From Cytophagales bacterium (GTDB lineage Bacteria; Bacteroidota; Bacteroidia; Cytophagales; Cyclobacteriaceae), in contig JAFLBQ010000003.1 of assembly GCA_017303805.1 (NCBI GenBank), positions 232,821 to 296,820 of the forward strand: 64,000 nucleotides of DNA, given 5' to 3'. The number at the start of each line of letters is the position of its first letter. Within the stretch, counting starts at the first letter, position 1. Below are positions 28,300 to 39,800 of this stretch, piece by piece. The translations under genes and the position numbers were made by a program. The notes beneath the pieces were generated by a model that did no database searches, had not been told where the DNA came from, and was given only the letters and a program-made list of their open reading frames with translations.

Positions 28300-31113
28300 A
28301 TGCCAAGAGATCGCAGTATCCGCTCCATCCTCATCATCGGAAGCGGGCCCATTATTATCGGACAAGCATGTGAATTTGATTATGCCGGATCGCAGGCCGC
28401 GCGCTCCTTGCGGGAAGAAGGCATTGAAGTTATTTTGATTAACTCCAACCCGGCCACGATTATGACCGACAAGGTTACGGCCGACCACGTGTACCTCAAG
28501 CCGTTGGAGAAAAAGTCTATTCGCGAAATTTTAGAGAAACACCATATAGATGCCGTGCTGCCCACTATGGGCGGGCAAACAGCACTTAACCTTTGCATCG
28601 AGTGCGATAAGGCTGGTATCTGGCAACATTATGGCGTAAAAATTATTGGCGTAGATATTAATGCCATTGAAACTACTGAAGACCGGGAGAAATTCCGGTT
28701 GAAAATGCTGGAGTTGGGTGTGGGCGTTTGCAAAGGAGCAACGGCCACCTCGTTTCTGGAAGGAAAAGAAATTGCACAAGAGATTGGCTTTCCGTTGGTA
28801 ATCCGGCCCTCGTTTACCCTGGGCGGAACCGGAGGCGGGTTTGTAAATACCCCCGATGAGTTTGATGCCGCCCTCAACCGCGGGTTGCATGCTTCACCCA
28901 TTCACGAAGTATTGGTAGAGCAAAGCATTATGGGCTGGAAAGAGTACGAGTTGGAATTGTTACGCGATGGAAATGGAAATGTAATTATTATCTGTTCTAT
29001 CGAGAATTTCGACCCGATGGGTATTCATACCGGAGACTCGATTACCGTTGCCCCGGCCATGACGTTGCCCGACACCGTGTACCAGCGCATGCGCGACCTG
29101 GCCATTAAAATGATGAATGGCATCGGCAAGTTTGCCGGAGGTTGTAACGTGCAGTTTTCGGTTAACCCGGATAACGATGATATTATCGGGATTGAAATCA
29201 ATCCGCGCGTGTCGCGTTCGTCCGCACTGGCATCGAAAGCAACCGGCTACCCCATTGCAAAAATTGCCGCCAAGCTCGCTATCGGTTACAACCTCGATGA
29301 GTTAACGAATGCCATTACAGGTTCTACTACCGCGTATTTTGAGCCCGCCCTCGATTACGTGATTGTAAAAATTCCGCGTTGGAATTTCGATAAGTTTCAT
29401 GGTGCAGATCGTAAGCTGGGTTTGCAAATGAAATCGGTAGGTGAAGTAATGGGCATTGGAAGAAATTTTCAGGAGGCGTTACAAAAAGCCTGTCAGAGTT
29501 TGGAGATCCGGAGAAATGGATTGGGAGCCGATGGGAAAGAACTGAGCAAGCAGGAAGACCTGCTCTACAGTTTACAAAACCCCAGTTGGAACCGCCTGTT
29601 TCATGTGTACGATGCCATGAAATTGGGCATCTCGATGAAAACCATTCAGAACCTTACCAAAATTGATAAGTGGTTTCTGGAACAAATCTGGGAACTGATT
29701 GAAGTGGAACAGGAGATTGAAAAATTTACACTGGAAACAATACCGGCAACATTAATGCGCAAGGCAAAAGAGAAAGGCTATGCCGACCGGCAGATTGCCC
29801 ACTTGTTGGATTGCCGGGAGAGCGAAGTACACAAAAAGCGCAGAGACATGGGTATTAACCGCGTGTACAAACTGGTAGATACCTGCGCGGCTGAGTTTGA
29901 TGCAAAAACTCCGTACTACTATTCAACCTTCGATCAGGAAAATGAATCGGTTGTTTCTACCAAGAAAAAAGTAATTGTGTTGGGCTCGGGCCCGAACCGA
30001 ATCGGGCAAGGAATTGAATTTGATTACTCGTGCGTACACGGAATTCTTGCTGCAAAGGAAGCCGGTTACGAAGCCATCATGATTAACTGCAACCCCGAAA
30101 CGGTTTCTACCGATTTTGATATTGCCGATAAACTATACTTCGAGCCGGTATTCTGGGAACACCTGTGGGATATTATTCAACACGAAAAGCCCGAAGGTGT
30201 TATTGTACAATTGGGCGGCCAAACCGCATTGAAACTTGCAGAGAAACTGCATAAGTACGGCATTAAAATCATGGGCACTTCGTTCGAAGCCCTCGACTTA
30301 GCCGAAGACCGTGGCAGCTTTTCTACATTATTGAAAGACCTGGGCATACCTTATCCGGAGTTTGGCGTTGCCCGCGATGCAGACGAAGCCTTAGAGGTTT
30401 CCAAAAACTTAGGCTTCCCCTTATTGGTAAGACCTTCGTACGTATTGGGTGGGCAGAGCATGAAGATCGTAATCAACGAGAAAGAACTGGAAAACCACAT
30501 CATCGACATTTGGAAGCACCTGCCCGATAACAAAGTGTTGCTCGATCATTTTCTGGATGGCGCCATCGAAGCCGAAGCCGATGCTATTTGTGATGGCGAA
30601 AATGTGTACATCATCGGCATTATGCAGCACATTGAACCAGCCGGCATTCACAGTGGCGACTCGTATGCCGTATTGCCACCCTACAACCTGGGCGACCTGG
30701 TAATAAAGCAAATAGAAAACTTTACCAAACGCATTGCGGTTGCGTTAAAAACGGTAGGCTTAATCAACATTCAGTTTGCTGTTAAGAACGACAAGGTGTA
30801 CATCATCGAAGCCAACCCGCGGGCCTCGCGCACCGTTCCGTTTATCTGTAAAGCGTACGATGAACCGTACGTAAACTATGCCACCAAAGTAATGTTGGGT
30901 GCAAACAAGGTAACCGATTTTAATTTCAACCCGAAAAAACACGGGTACGCGATTAAAGTGCCGGTGTTCTCGTTCAGCAAATTCCCTGATGTGAATAAAG
31001 AGCTTGGCCCCGAGATGAAATCTACCGGAGAGGCGATTTACTTTATTGACGACCTGATGGACGATTACTTTATGAAAATCTACAGCGAACGCAACTTGTA
31101 CCTGAGCCGGTAG
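28300..31113 (+). CDS. carB: Carbamoyl-phosphate synthase large subunit (937 aa)
   Basis: IGSGPIIIGQACEFDY and GSGPNRIGQGIEFDY duplicated ATP-grasp halves; NPRVSRSS; GPEMKSTGE. Confidence 0.97.
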   Translation: MPRDRSIRSILIIGSGPIIIGQACEFDYAGSQAARSLREEGIEVILINSNPATIMTDKVTADHVYLKPLEKKSIREILEKHHIDAVLPTMGGQTALNLCIECDKAGIWQHYGVKIIGVDINAIETTEDREKFRLKMLELGVGVCKGATATSFLEGKEIAQEIGFPLVIRPSFTLGGTGGGFVNTPDEFDAALNRGLHASPIHEVLVEQSIMGWKEYELELLRDGNGNVIIICSIENFDPMGIHTGDSITVAPAMTLPDTVYQRMRDLAIKMMNGIGKFAGGCNVQFSVNPDNDDIIGIEINPRVSRSSALASKATGYPIAKIAAKLAIGYNLDELTNAITGSTTAYFEPALDYVIVKIPRWNFDKFHGADRKLGLQMKSVGEVMGIGRNFQEALQKACQSLEIRRNGLGADGKELSKQEDLLYSLQNPSWNRLFHVYDAMKLGISMKTIQNLTKIDKWFLEQIWELIEVEQEIEKFTLETIPATLMRKAKEKGYADRQIAHLLDCRESEVHKKRRDMGINRVYKLVDTCAAEFDAKTPYYYSTFDQENESVVSTKKKVIVLGSGPNRIGQGIEFDYSCVHGILAAKEAGYEAIMINCNPETVSTDFDIADKLYFEPVFWEHLWDIIQHEKPEGVIVQLGGQTALKLAEKLHKYGIKIMGTSFEALDLAEDRGSFSTLLKDLGIPYPEFGVARDADEALEVSKNLGFPLLVRPSYVLGGQSMKIVINEKELENHIIDIWKHLPDNKVLLDHFLDGAIEAEADAICDGENVYIIGIMQHIEPAGIHSGDSYAVLPPYNLGDLVIKQIENFTKRIAVALKTVGLINIQFAVKNDKVYIIEANPRASRTVPFICKAYDEPYVNYATKVMLGANKVTDFNFNPKKHGYAIKVPVFSFSKFPDVNKELGPEMKSTGEAIYFIDDLMDDYFMKIYSERNLYLSR

Positions 31114-31135
31114 TACCGGTTTTAGTAACCTAACT

Positions 31136-31166
31136 AAAAACGCCAGCCTCCGGTTGGCGTTTTTTA
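31136..31166 (+). terminator. Intrinsic terminator after carB
   Basis: AAAAACGCCA-GCCTCCGGT-TGGCGTTTTT stem with T-tract. Confidence 0.8.
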
Positions 31167-31246
31167 TTTCCGCCCGGCCTTAATTTGTATGGCGGGTAAC
31201 TGCATTTCTTGTAGATTACCCATTGCTTCCTAAACTGCTTCGACCT

Positions 31247-33202
31247 ATGAAAAAATTAATCCCGCTCTTGTTGCTCGCGCAAAGCGTAATGGCCCAAACT
31301 CCCACCCGCAAATTTGAACCGGTTAACTTTTCGCAGGTAACCATTACCGATAGCTTTTGGAAACCCGCGTTGGATGTAGTGGCCACCACCACGCTGCAAG
31401 CCTGTATATATCAAACCGAAGTTAAAACCCCGCGCATCCGCAACTTCGAAAAAGTAGCCCGCAACAAAAACGAAAAACACGAAGGCATTTTTTACGATGA
31501 CTCCGATGTTTTCAAAGCCCTCGAGGCCATTGCCTACTCTTTGAAAAACCGGCCCAATGCCGACCTGGAAAAGAAAGCCGATGAGTGGATTGATAAAATT
31601 GCTGCCGCCCAGTTGGAAGACGGCTACCTGAACACCTGGTACACCTTGGGTAAGTTAGACCAACGCTGGGGCGATATGAGCATGCACGAAGACTACAATG
31701 GCGGCCACCTGATTGAAGCTGCTGTTGCCTACTACAATGCTACCGGCAAACGCAAGCTGTTGGATGTGGCCATTCGCTTTGCCGATCATTTCGATTCGCT
31801 GTTTGGCCCAGGCAAAAAACATTGGGTAACGGGCCATCAGGAGTTGGAGTTGGCATTGGTAAAACTTTATCAGGCCACCGGCAATAAAAAATATGTAACC
31901 CTTGCACACTGGTTATTAGAAGAACGTGGCCACAAATACGCCAAAGGTTACACCTGGACCGACTGGCGCGATACTGCCTACGCACAGGATGTTGTGCCCG
32001 TGCGCGAGCAGAAAGAAATTACCGGCCATGCCGTGCGTGCCATGTACATGTACACCGGTGCAGCCGATGTGGCCGCCATTACAGGCGATGCCGGCTATAT
32101 GCAAGCCATGCAAGCCGTGTGGGAAGATGTAGTACACCGCAACATGTACATTACCGGGGGCATTGGCTCCTCGGGTAGCAACGAAGGCTTTAGTAACGAT
32201 TATGATCTGCCCAACGAACAAGCCTATTGCGAAACCTGTGCTTCGGTAGGGATGGTGTTCTGGAATCAGCGCATGAATGTGTTAACAGGCGACAGCAAGT
32301 TTATGGATGTACTGGAGCGCAGCCTCTATAACGGAGCCCGCGATGGACTCTCGCTTAGTGGCGATAGGTTTTTCTATGGAAACCCGCTTGCCTCCAAAGG
32401 CCAGCACTTTCGCAGGGAGTGGTTTGGTACTGCATGCTGCCCGGCTAACATTGCACGCCTGGTTGCTTCTGTGGGCGATTACATTTATGGCACAACCGGC
32501 AGCGACTTTTTTGTAAATCTTTTTATTGGAAGTAACACCACGCTAAAGTTTGGTAAAACCGAGGTGCCCATAAGCTTGCAAACCAACTATCCGTGGGAAG
32601 GTTCTGTGAAACTAACTTTCAATCCTAAATCCAAAGTGAAGTTTGCCACACACCTGCGCATACCCGGCTGGGCACAAAACGAAGTAGTGCCCGGAGGCCT
32701 TTATACTTTTACCGATACCGTGCAACCAGCTTTTACAATTACGTTAAATGGTAAACCTGTGCTGTACACAGTGCAGCAAGGCTATGCGGTAATTAACCGT
32801 GAGTGGAAAAATGGCGATGTGCTGGAATTAATCTTACCCATGGAAGTGCGGAAAATAAAAGCCCGCCCCGAAGTTAAACAAGCTGCAGACCGCATTGCCC
32901 TACAACGCGGCCCGCTGGTTTATTGTGTAGAAGGAGCCGACAACGATGGCCTTGCCTGGAATTTCTTCTTACCCGAGAAAGCTACCTTTCAAACTTCGTT
33001 TCAGCCCAACGTGTTGGGCGGTGTAACCACCTTACAATTTCAGGCTCAGGTGGTTCACATTGCCGAAAACGGAACCTCGTTAAAAACCGAAACCAAATCG
33101 ATAACGGCTATTCCTTATTATGCGTGGTGCAACCGCGGCCAAAACCCCATGCAGGTATGGCTGCCTGTTAAACTCAAAGACATAAAAATTAACTACCAGT
33201 AA
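31247..33202 (+). CDS. GH127 beta-L-arabinofuranosidase
   Basis: Signal peptide from ATG 31247; DSDVFK.LEA, GHLIEAAVA, GHAVRAMY, YCETCASVG and ACCP.N Zn/Cys motifs. Confidence 0.9.
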   Translation: MKKLIPLLLLAQSVMAQTPTRKFEPVNFSQVTITDSFWKPALDVVATTTLQACIYQTEVKTPRIRNFEKVARNKNEKHEGIFYDDSDVFKALEAIAYSLKNRPNADLEKKADEWIDKIAAAQLEDGYLNTWYTLGKLDQRWGDMSMHEDYNGGHLIEAAVAYYNATGKRKLLDVAIRFADHFDSLFGPGKKHWVTGHQELELALVKLYQATGNKKYVTLAHWLLEERGHKYAKGYTWTDWRDTAYAQDVVPVREQKEITGHAVRAMYMYTGAADVAAITGDAGYMQAMQAVWEDVVHRNMYITGGIGSSGSNEGFSNDYDLPNEQAYCETCASVGMVFWNQRMNVLTGDSKFMDVLERSLYNGARDGLSLSGDRFFYGNPLASKGQHFRREWFGTACCPANIARLVASVGDYIYGTTGSDFFVNLFIGSNTTLKFGKTEVPISLQTNYPWEGSVKLTFNPKSKVKFATHLRIPGWAQNEVVPGGLYTFTDTVQPAFTITLNGKPVLYTVQQGYAVINREWKNGDVLELILPMEVRKIKARPEVKQAADRIALQRGPLVYCVEGADNDGLAWNFFLPEKATFQTSFQPNVLGGVTTLQFQAQVVHIAENGTSLKTETKSITAIPYYAWCNRGQNPMQVWLPVKLKDIKINYQ

Positions 33203-33223
33203 CCCTGGTCTAAACTTTATACC

Positions 33224-35572
33224 ATGAAGAACTATGTGCTGGTGATTGGCTTGGTGGGTCTGAGCCTGGCAAGTTACTCACAGGCTTACCTGCCCGAGAA
33301 GAACAACGCAAAAATAAAAGTACAACCGCAGGTGCCAACCAAAGCCTACAGTTTTAACCTGAAAGATGTGCGGCTGCTGGAAGGTAGTGCCTTTAAAAAT
33401 GCGATGGATAAAGATGCTGCTTACCTGCTAACACTCGAACCCGACCGGTTGCTGCATCGCTTTCGGTTACATGCCGGGTTAACCCCTAAGGCCGAGATTT
33501 ATGGCGGGTGGGAACGCGATGGCCTTTCGGGCCACACATTAGGGCATTACCTCTCGGCTTGCGCGATGATGTACGCAGCCACAGGCAACACGCAGTTCAA
33601 AGAAAAAACAGACTACATTATTGAAGAGTTGACGTTGTGCCAGGCAGCGCGCAAAACCGGCTATATCGGAGCTATCCCCAACGAAGATTCCATCTTCTGG
33701 AAATTGCAGCACGGCATTATTAAAACCTCCGGCTTCGATATGAATGGCGGCTGGTCGCCCTGGTACACGGTACATAAAGTAATGGCCGGCCTTACCGATG
33801 TGTATTTATATAGCGATAACTCAAAAGCCCTGCAACTGGTTACCGGCATGGCCGACTGGACCGAAGAGATTTTAAAAGACCTGAGCGATGAGCAACTCGA
33901 ACAAATGCGCAAGTGCGAGTACGGAGGTATGAACGACCTGCTCGTGCACCTCTACGAAATAACCGGTAATAAAAAGTACCTAACGCTATCGTATAAATTT
34001 CACGATCATTTTGTGCTGGACGAGCTGGCTAAAAAATTTGACCCCATGCCCGGCAAACACTCCAACACCAATGTGCCCAAAGCAATTGGCTGTGCCCGCA
34101 GGTATAGTGTGGCCGCTACCGATGCCGACAAAACCATTGCTACTTTCTTTTGGGAGACTATGGTAAACCATCACACCTATGTAATTGGCGGCAACAGCAA
34201 CTACGAATACTGCGGCCCCCCCGATCAATTGAACGATCGGCTTAGCGATAACACCTGCGAAACGTGCAATACCTACAACATGTTGAAGTTAACGCGTTAT
34301 CTCTTTAGCTGGAACCCCACCGCCACGCTGGGCGACTATTATGAACGGGCACTTTACAATCACATTCTGGCATCGCAAAATCCACAAACCGGCATGATGT
34401 GCTATTTTGTTCCCTTGCGTATGGGCACCAAAAAACATTTCAGCAGCCCCTACACAACCTTTACCTGCTGTGTTGGCAGCGGTATGGAGAACCACGCCAA
34501 GTACACCGAAGGCATTTATTACGAAGGCTCCGATGGTGGCCTGCTGGTTAATCTTTTTATACCCTCAGCGCTAACTTGGCATAGCAAAGGAATTACACTG
34601 CAGCAAACAACAACTTTTCCCGAAAGCAACGTGGTTGATTTTCAAATCACGGCAAAGCAACCAACACAGTTTGCGTTGAAAGTGCGGCAACCGAAATGGT
34701 CGGGTGCGGTAGGTGTGAAGGTAAATGGAAAATCCATGGCTGTAAAACCCGATGCCGATGGGTTTGTTGCCATCGCACGCAAGTGGAAAACGGGCGACCG
34801 GGTGCAACTTACTTTTACCATGTCGGTATATTCTGAAAGCATGCCCGATAACCCCGGGCGTGTGGCATTGTTGTATGGCCCCATCGTGCTGGCCGGCCAA
34901 CTTGGTACCACCATGCCCGATCCGATTTATGGCACTACCGTATTACTCACCAACGACCGCCAGGTAAACAATTGGGTTAAACCGGTGCAGCCACTTGTGT
35001 TTGAAACCGTGCAAACTGCCCGGCCAGCCGATGTTAAACTCATTCCGTTTTATCAAACCACCGATGAGTACTACAATGTGTATTGGGATTTTTTTACACC
35101 CGAAGCATGGAGCCAACGGCAGGCAGCGTACGAGGCCGAGAAAAGGCGCGTGCAGGAAATTGAAGACCGCACCATTGACTGGATTCGCATTGGCGAAATG
35201 CAACCCGAGCGCGATCATAATTTAAAGGCAACCGAAAGATCGTATGTAAGCGATGCACTGGGCCGCATGGGGCGCGAAGTGCGGTTGGGTGGCTACTTTG
35301 AATTTGATATGAAAGTAGATGCAACCGTAGCCAACAACCTGTTGTGCTCTTACATTGGCGATGATAAAAACCGGGCCTTTGATTTGTTGGTTGACGGAAC
35401 CTCCATTGCAACACAGGAACTAACAGGGGGCACAACCGGCAAATTCTTTGATGTGGAATATCCTATTGCTGCCGGGTTATTAAAAAATAAAACCAAAGTT
35501 ACCGTGCGGGTGCAGGCACACCCTGGTAAAACAGCCGGGCGGGTGTTTGGGTGCCGGATCGTAAAGCAATAA
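33224..35572 (+). CDS. GH146/GH127-like beta-L-arabinofuranosidase with C-terminal beta domain
   Basis: Signal peptide; YGGWE, GHTLGHYLSA, E.GGMND, HSNTN.PK, ETCNTYNMLKL and FTCCVGSG motifs. Confidence 0.88.
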   Translation: MKNYVLVIGLVGLSLASYSQAYLPEKNNAKIKVQPQVPTKAYSFNLKDVRLLEGSAFKNAMDKDAAYLLTLEPDRLLHRFRLHAGLTPKAEIYGGWERDGLSGHTLGHYLSACAMMYAATGNTQFKEKTDYIIEELTLCQAARKTGYIGAIPNEDSIFWKLQHGIIKTSGFDMNGGWSPWYTVHKVMAGLTDVYLYSDNSKALQLVTGMADWTEEILKDLSDEQLEQMRKCEYGGMNDLLVHLYEITGNKKYLTLSYKFHDHFVLDELAKKFDPMPGKHSNTNVPKAIGCARRYSVAATDADKTIATFFWETMVNHHTYVIGGNSNYEYCGPPDQLNDRLSDNTCETCNTYNMLKLTRYLFSWNPTATLGDYYERALYNHILASQNPQTGMMCYFVPLRMGTKKHFSSPYTTFTCCVGSGMENHAKYTEGIYYEGSDGGLLVNLFIPSALTWHSKGITLQQTTTFPESNVVDFQITAKQPTQFALKVRQPKWSGAVGVKVNGKSMAVKPDADGFVAIARKWKTGDRVQLTFTMSVYSESMPDNPGRVALLYGPIVLAGQLGTTMPDPIYGTTVLLTNDRQVNNWVKPVQPLVFETVQTARPADVKLIPFYQTTDEYYNVYWDFFTPEAWSQRQAAYEAEKRRVQEIEDRTIDWIRIGEMQPERDHNLKATERSYVSDALGRMGREVRLGGYFEFDMKVDATVANNLLCSYIGDDKNRAFDLLVDGTSIATQELTGGTTGKFFDVEYPIAAGLLKNKTKVTVRVQAHPGKTAGRVFGCRIVKQ

Positions 35573-35712
35573 ACCGATGGGCGTACATCCTTAAAAAATC
35601 TGGTTTCATATTGCGGTAAGTATGCCGATATTTGACCCTTTGGGCAGGCACACGAACTAAATTGAATTCGGCTACGTCTTACTGGGTAGCATAGATTAAA
35701 CTTTCTTGACAC

Positions 35713-35919
35713 ATGCGTTTTTTCATCATAGTGGCGCTTCTTGGATACGTGTTTTACAAGGTAGGCACCTTGTTTTTTAAAGCCGGTGCCGCCTCGCAAC
35801 AAGGGCGGCAAAACCGCAGGTCGTTTAACGGTACTGTTAACGCGGATGCGCCACCCAAAAAAACCGGCAAAGGCACCATTAAGGGTGGTGAATATGTGGA
35901 CTACGAAGAAGTGAAATAA
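35713..35919 (+). CDS. DUF4834-like small membrane protein
   Basis: N-terminal TM and C-terminal GGEYVDYEEVK signature; upstream of dapF-secA. Confidence 0.7.
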   Translation: MRFFIIVALLGYVFYKVGTLFFKAGAASQQGRQNRRSFNGTVNADAPPKKTGKGTIKGGEYVDYEEVK

Positions 35920-35971
35920 AAGTAAGTGGTATATCACCACGGCTGTAACCACAACCACCTTTTCTTACTGA

Positions 35972-36745
35972 ATGAAAATTCCATTTAAAAAATACCAGGC
36001 CACCGGCAACGATTTTGTGTTGATTGACAACCGGAGCAATAGGTATTTATTAACTAAAGCGCAGATTGAAAAAATTTGCAACCGCAGGTTTGGTATTGGT
36101 GCCGATGGGTTGATGCTGATTGAGGAACATGCCACCTTAGACTTTAACCTGATTTACTATAACAGCGATGGCTCGCAGAGTTTATGCGGTAACGGCAGCC
36201 GGGCCGCAGTGGCCATGGCCGCTACCTTGGGGTTAATCAACAACAAAACTTGCTTTAATGCTTACGATGGGCCGCACCAGGCCGAGCTATTGCCCACCGG
36301 AATTGTGCGGTTGAAAATGAACCCCGTGGACACTCTGAAAAAAATTGGCAGTGACTATTTTGTTAATACCGGCTCGCCACACCATATACAATTTGTTGCC
36401 CATGCCGATGATGTGAATGTAGTGGAAGCCGGAAGGAAAATCCGCTACAGCGAAGCCTACGCCCCCGCAGGTGTTAATGTAAACTTTGTAGAGTTACTTG
36501 CCGACAATACCATTTTGGTGCGTACCTACGAGCGTGGCGTGGAAGACGAAACCTACTCGTGCGGCACCGGAGTAACAGCTGCTGCCTTAGCTGCTTCGCA
36601 GCATGGTTACACCTCGCCCGTGCACATTAAAGTAAAGGGTGGCGAACTGGAGGTAGCATTTAAAACCGGACAGGCCGGCACGTTTGACGAGATTTATCTG
36701 ATTGGCCCTGCCAAAATGGTGTTTGAGGGAGCTCTGGAACTATAA
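35972..36745 (+). CDS. dapF: Diaminopimelate epimerase
   Basis: KYQATGNDF, GIGADG, LCGNG, GSPH and ERGVEDETYSCGTG motifs. Confidence 0.96.
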   Translation: MKIPFKKYQATGNDFVLIDNRSNRYLLTKAQIEKICNRRFGIGADGLMLIEEHATLDFNLIYYNSDGSQSLCGNGSRAAVAMAATLGLINNKTCFNAYDGPHQAELLPTGIVRLKMNPVDTLKKIGSDYFVNTGSPHHIQFVAHADDVNVVEAGRKIRYSEAYAPAGVNVNFVELLADNTILVRTYERGVEDETYSCGTGVTAAALAASQHGYTSPVHIKVKGGELEVAFKTGQAGTFDEIYLIGPAKMVFEGALEL

Positions 36746-36840
36746 TTGCACCCCGAAATCCATTAAATTTACGACCCCTTTGGCTGGTTGCTTTTTGTTT
36801 CCCACCAGAAAGAAGCCTTCCTCAGAACAACTAACTACAC

Positions 36841-39800
36841 ATGTTACAATTACTTGCAAAAATTTTTGGCGATAAGTCGCAGAAAGACATCAAACGCATG
36901 ATGCCCTTGGTGGAGGAAACGAAACGGGAAGGCGAAAAACTTATTTCCATAACCAACGATGAACTGCGCGCTAAAACTCAGGAAGTTCAGAACACAATAA
37001 ACTCACACTTAAAAACCATTGACGAAGAAATTGCGGGCTTACATCAGCGCATTGCGGCACATCCGGAAATGGATTTGAACGAGAAAGACGCGATTTTTAA
37101 AGAGATTGATAAGCTCGAAGCCGATCGGAACAAAGAGTTGGAAAAAGTATTACTCGATGTACTACCGCAGGCATTTGCCATTGTACGCGAAACTGCCCGC
37201 AGGTTTAAAGAAAACGAATACCTTGAAGTTACAGCTACCGATTTTGACCGTGCATTGGCTGCCCGCCACAACAATGTTAAGATAGTAGCCGATAAAGCCC
37301 AGTGGCACCGCCAGTGGCTGGCAGCAGGAAATACCATTACCTGGGATATGGTGCACTACGATGTGCAGGTTATAGGCGGCATTGCCCTGCACGAAGGTAA
37401 AATTTCTGAAATGGCTACTGGTGAAGGTAAAACCTTGGTTGCCACCTTCCCGGCATTTCTAAATGCGCTGGCTAAGCGCGGGGTACACATAGTTACAGTT
37501 AACGACTACCTGGCCAAACGCGATAGCGAATGGATGGGTCCGCTGTTTCAGTTCCACGGGTTATCTGTTGATTGCATTGATAAACACGAGCCCAATTCAA
37601 CAGACCGCAGAAATGCCTACCAGGCCGATATTACCTACGGTACCAACAACGAGTTTGGCTTCGATTACCTGCGCGATAATATGGCCCGCGAACCGGAAGA
37701 ACTGGTGCAACGCGGCCATCACTACGCTATGGTAGATGAGGTGGACAGTGTGTTGATTGACGAAGCCCGTACGCCCTTGATTATTTCGGGGCCGGTGCCG
37801 CGGGGCGATGAGCACGAATTTTACCAACTGAAACCACGCATTGCCAAGTTGGTAGAAGCCCAGAAAAAACTGGTAAACCAATACCTGAACGATGCTAAAA
37901 AACTATTGGCCGATGGCCAGGAAAAAGAAGGTGGCCAGGCACTCTTTCGTGCACACCGCGCCATGCCCAAGTACAAGCCGCTGATTAAAATGCTGAGCGA
38001 GGTAGGTATGAAAAACGTGTTGCAGAAAACTGAAAATTACTACCTGGCCGATAACAAGAAACTAATGCCCGAGGCCGATGAGCCATTATACTTTGTAATT
38101 GAAGAAAAAGACAACAGCGTACAACTTACAGACAAGGGAACTGATTTGATTACCGGAGAAGGCGAAGATCCGAAATTCTTCATCTTACCGGAAATTGGCG
38201 TAGAGCTGAATAAGATTGAAAAAGACGCAACCCATGCACCTGAAGAAAAACTGAAGCGAAAAGAAGATCTTATTCGCGAATATTCTACCAAATCGCAACG
38301 CATCCACAGCGTAAATCAGTTACTAAAAGCCTACACCCTGTTCGAAAAAGATACGGAGTATATTATTGTAGATGGCAAAGTAAAAATTGTGGACGAACAA
38401 ACAGGCCGGGTACTGGATGGCCGCAGGTACAGCGATGGGTTGCACCAGGCCATCGAAGCGAAAGAAAATGTGAAGGTGGAAGATGCCACACAAACCTATG
38501 CCACCATTACGCTGCAAAATTATTTTCGCATGTACCACAAACTGGCCGGTATGACGGGTACAGCCGTAACCGAAGCCGGTGAGTTTTGGGATATTTATAA
38601 GTTGGATGTGGTAACCATTCCTACCAACAAACCAATGACGCGCAAAGACAAAGACGACCTGGTTTACAAAACCATGCGCGAAAAGTTCAACGCTGTGGTG
38701 GAAGAAATTGTAAAACTAACCAAAGAAGGCCGGCCGGTATTGGTGGGTACTACTTCGGTAGAAATTTCGGAGTTGGTAAGCCGCATGTTGCAGATTCGCA
38801 AAATCAAACACCAGGTGCTAAATGCAAAGCAACACCAGCGCGAAGCCGAAATTGTTGCCGAGGCCGGCAAGCCCGGCACGGTAACCATTGCCACCAACAT
38901 GGCAGGGCGCGGTACAGATATTAAACTTACTGCCGAATCGAAAGCAGCCGGAGGTTTAGCCATTATTGGTACAGAACGGCATGAGTCGCGCAGGGTGGAC
39001 AGGCAGTTGCGTGGCCGCTCGGGCCGCCAAGGCGACCCCGGAACTTCGCAGTTTTATGTATCGCTGGAAGATAACCTGATGCGCTTGTTTATGCCCGAAC
39101 GGATTGCCCGCATTATGGACAGGCTGGGTCTTAAAGAAGGCGAGGTTATTTCGCACTCCATGGTAACCAGTTCTATTGAACGCGCTCAGAAAAAAGTAGA
39201 GGAAAATAACTTTGGTATTCGTAAACGCCTGCTGGAGTACGACAACGTAATGAACTCGCAGCGCGAGGTAATTTACAAACGCAGAAGAAATGCCTTGCAT
39301 GGCGAACGTTTGCAGTTGGATATCCTTACCATGTTGTACGATACGTGTGACGACCTGGTGGCCAACGGCAAAGCAGGCGAAAGCGTAGATAATTTTAAAT
39401 TGAATGTGCTGAGTGTACTCGGTTTTGATTTCAACCTGCAACCTGATGATTTAGCCAAACAAGACCAACCCACGCTTACCGACAAACTGTACGACCAGGC
39501 ACTGCATCACTACGAACAAAAAAACAAAGCTGCATCGGCCAAATCGTATCCGATCGTGCTCGACATTTTTAAAACACGTGGTGCTACCATCGAAAATATT
39601 TTGGTACCCTTTACAGATGGCGTAAAGCAAATTGGAGTTTCGGCTAATCTTAAAAAATGTGTGGAAACACAAAATGCCGAACTGATTAAGTCGATGGAAA
39701 AGATGATTACGCTGGCCATCATCGATCAAAACTGGAAAGAACACCTGCGCGATATGGACGACCTGAAGCAATCGGTACAAAATGCAGTGTACGAACAGAA

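Noticed and set aside
35350-35958. 202-aa minus-strand ORF
   Set aside because: It is antisense to the GH146 end and the DUF4834-like gene and has no recognisable motif.
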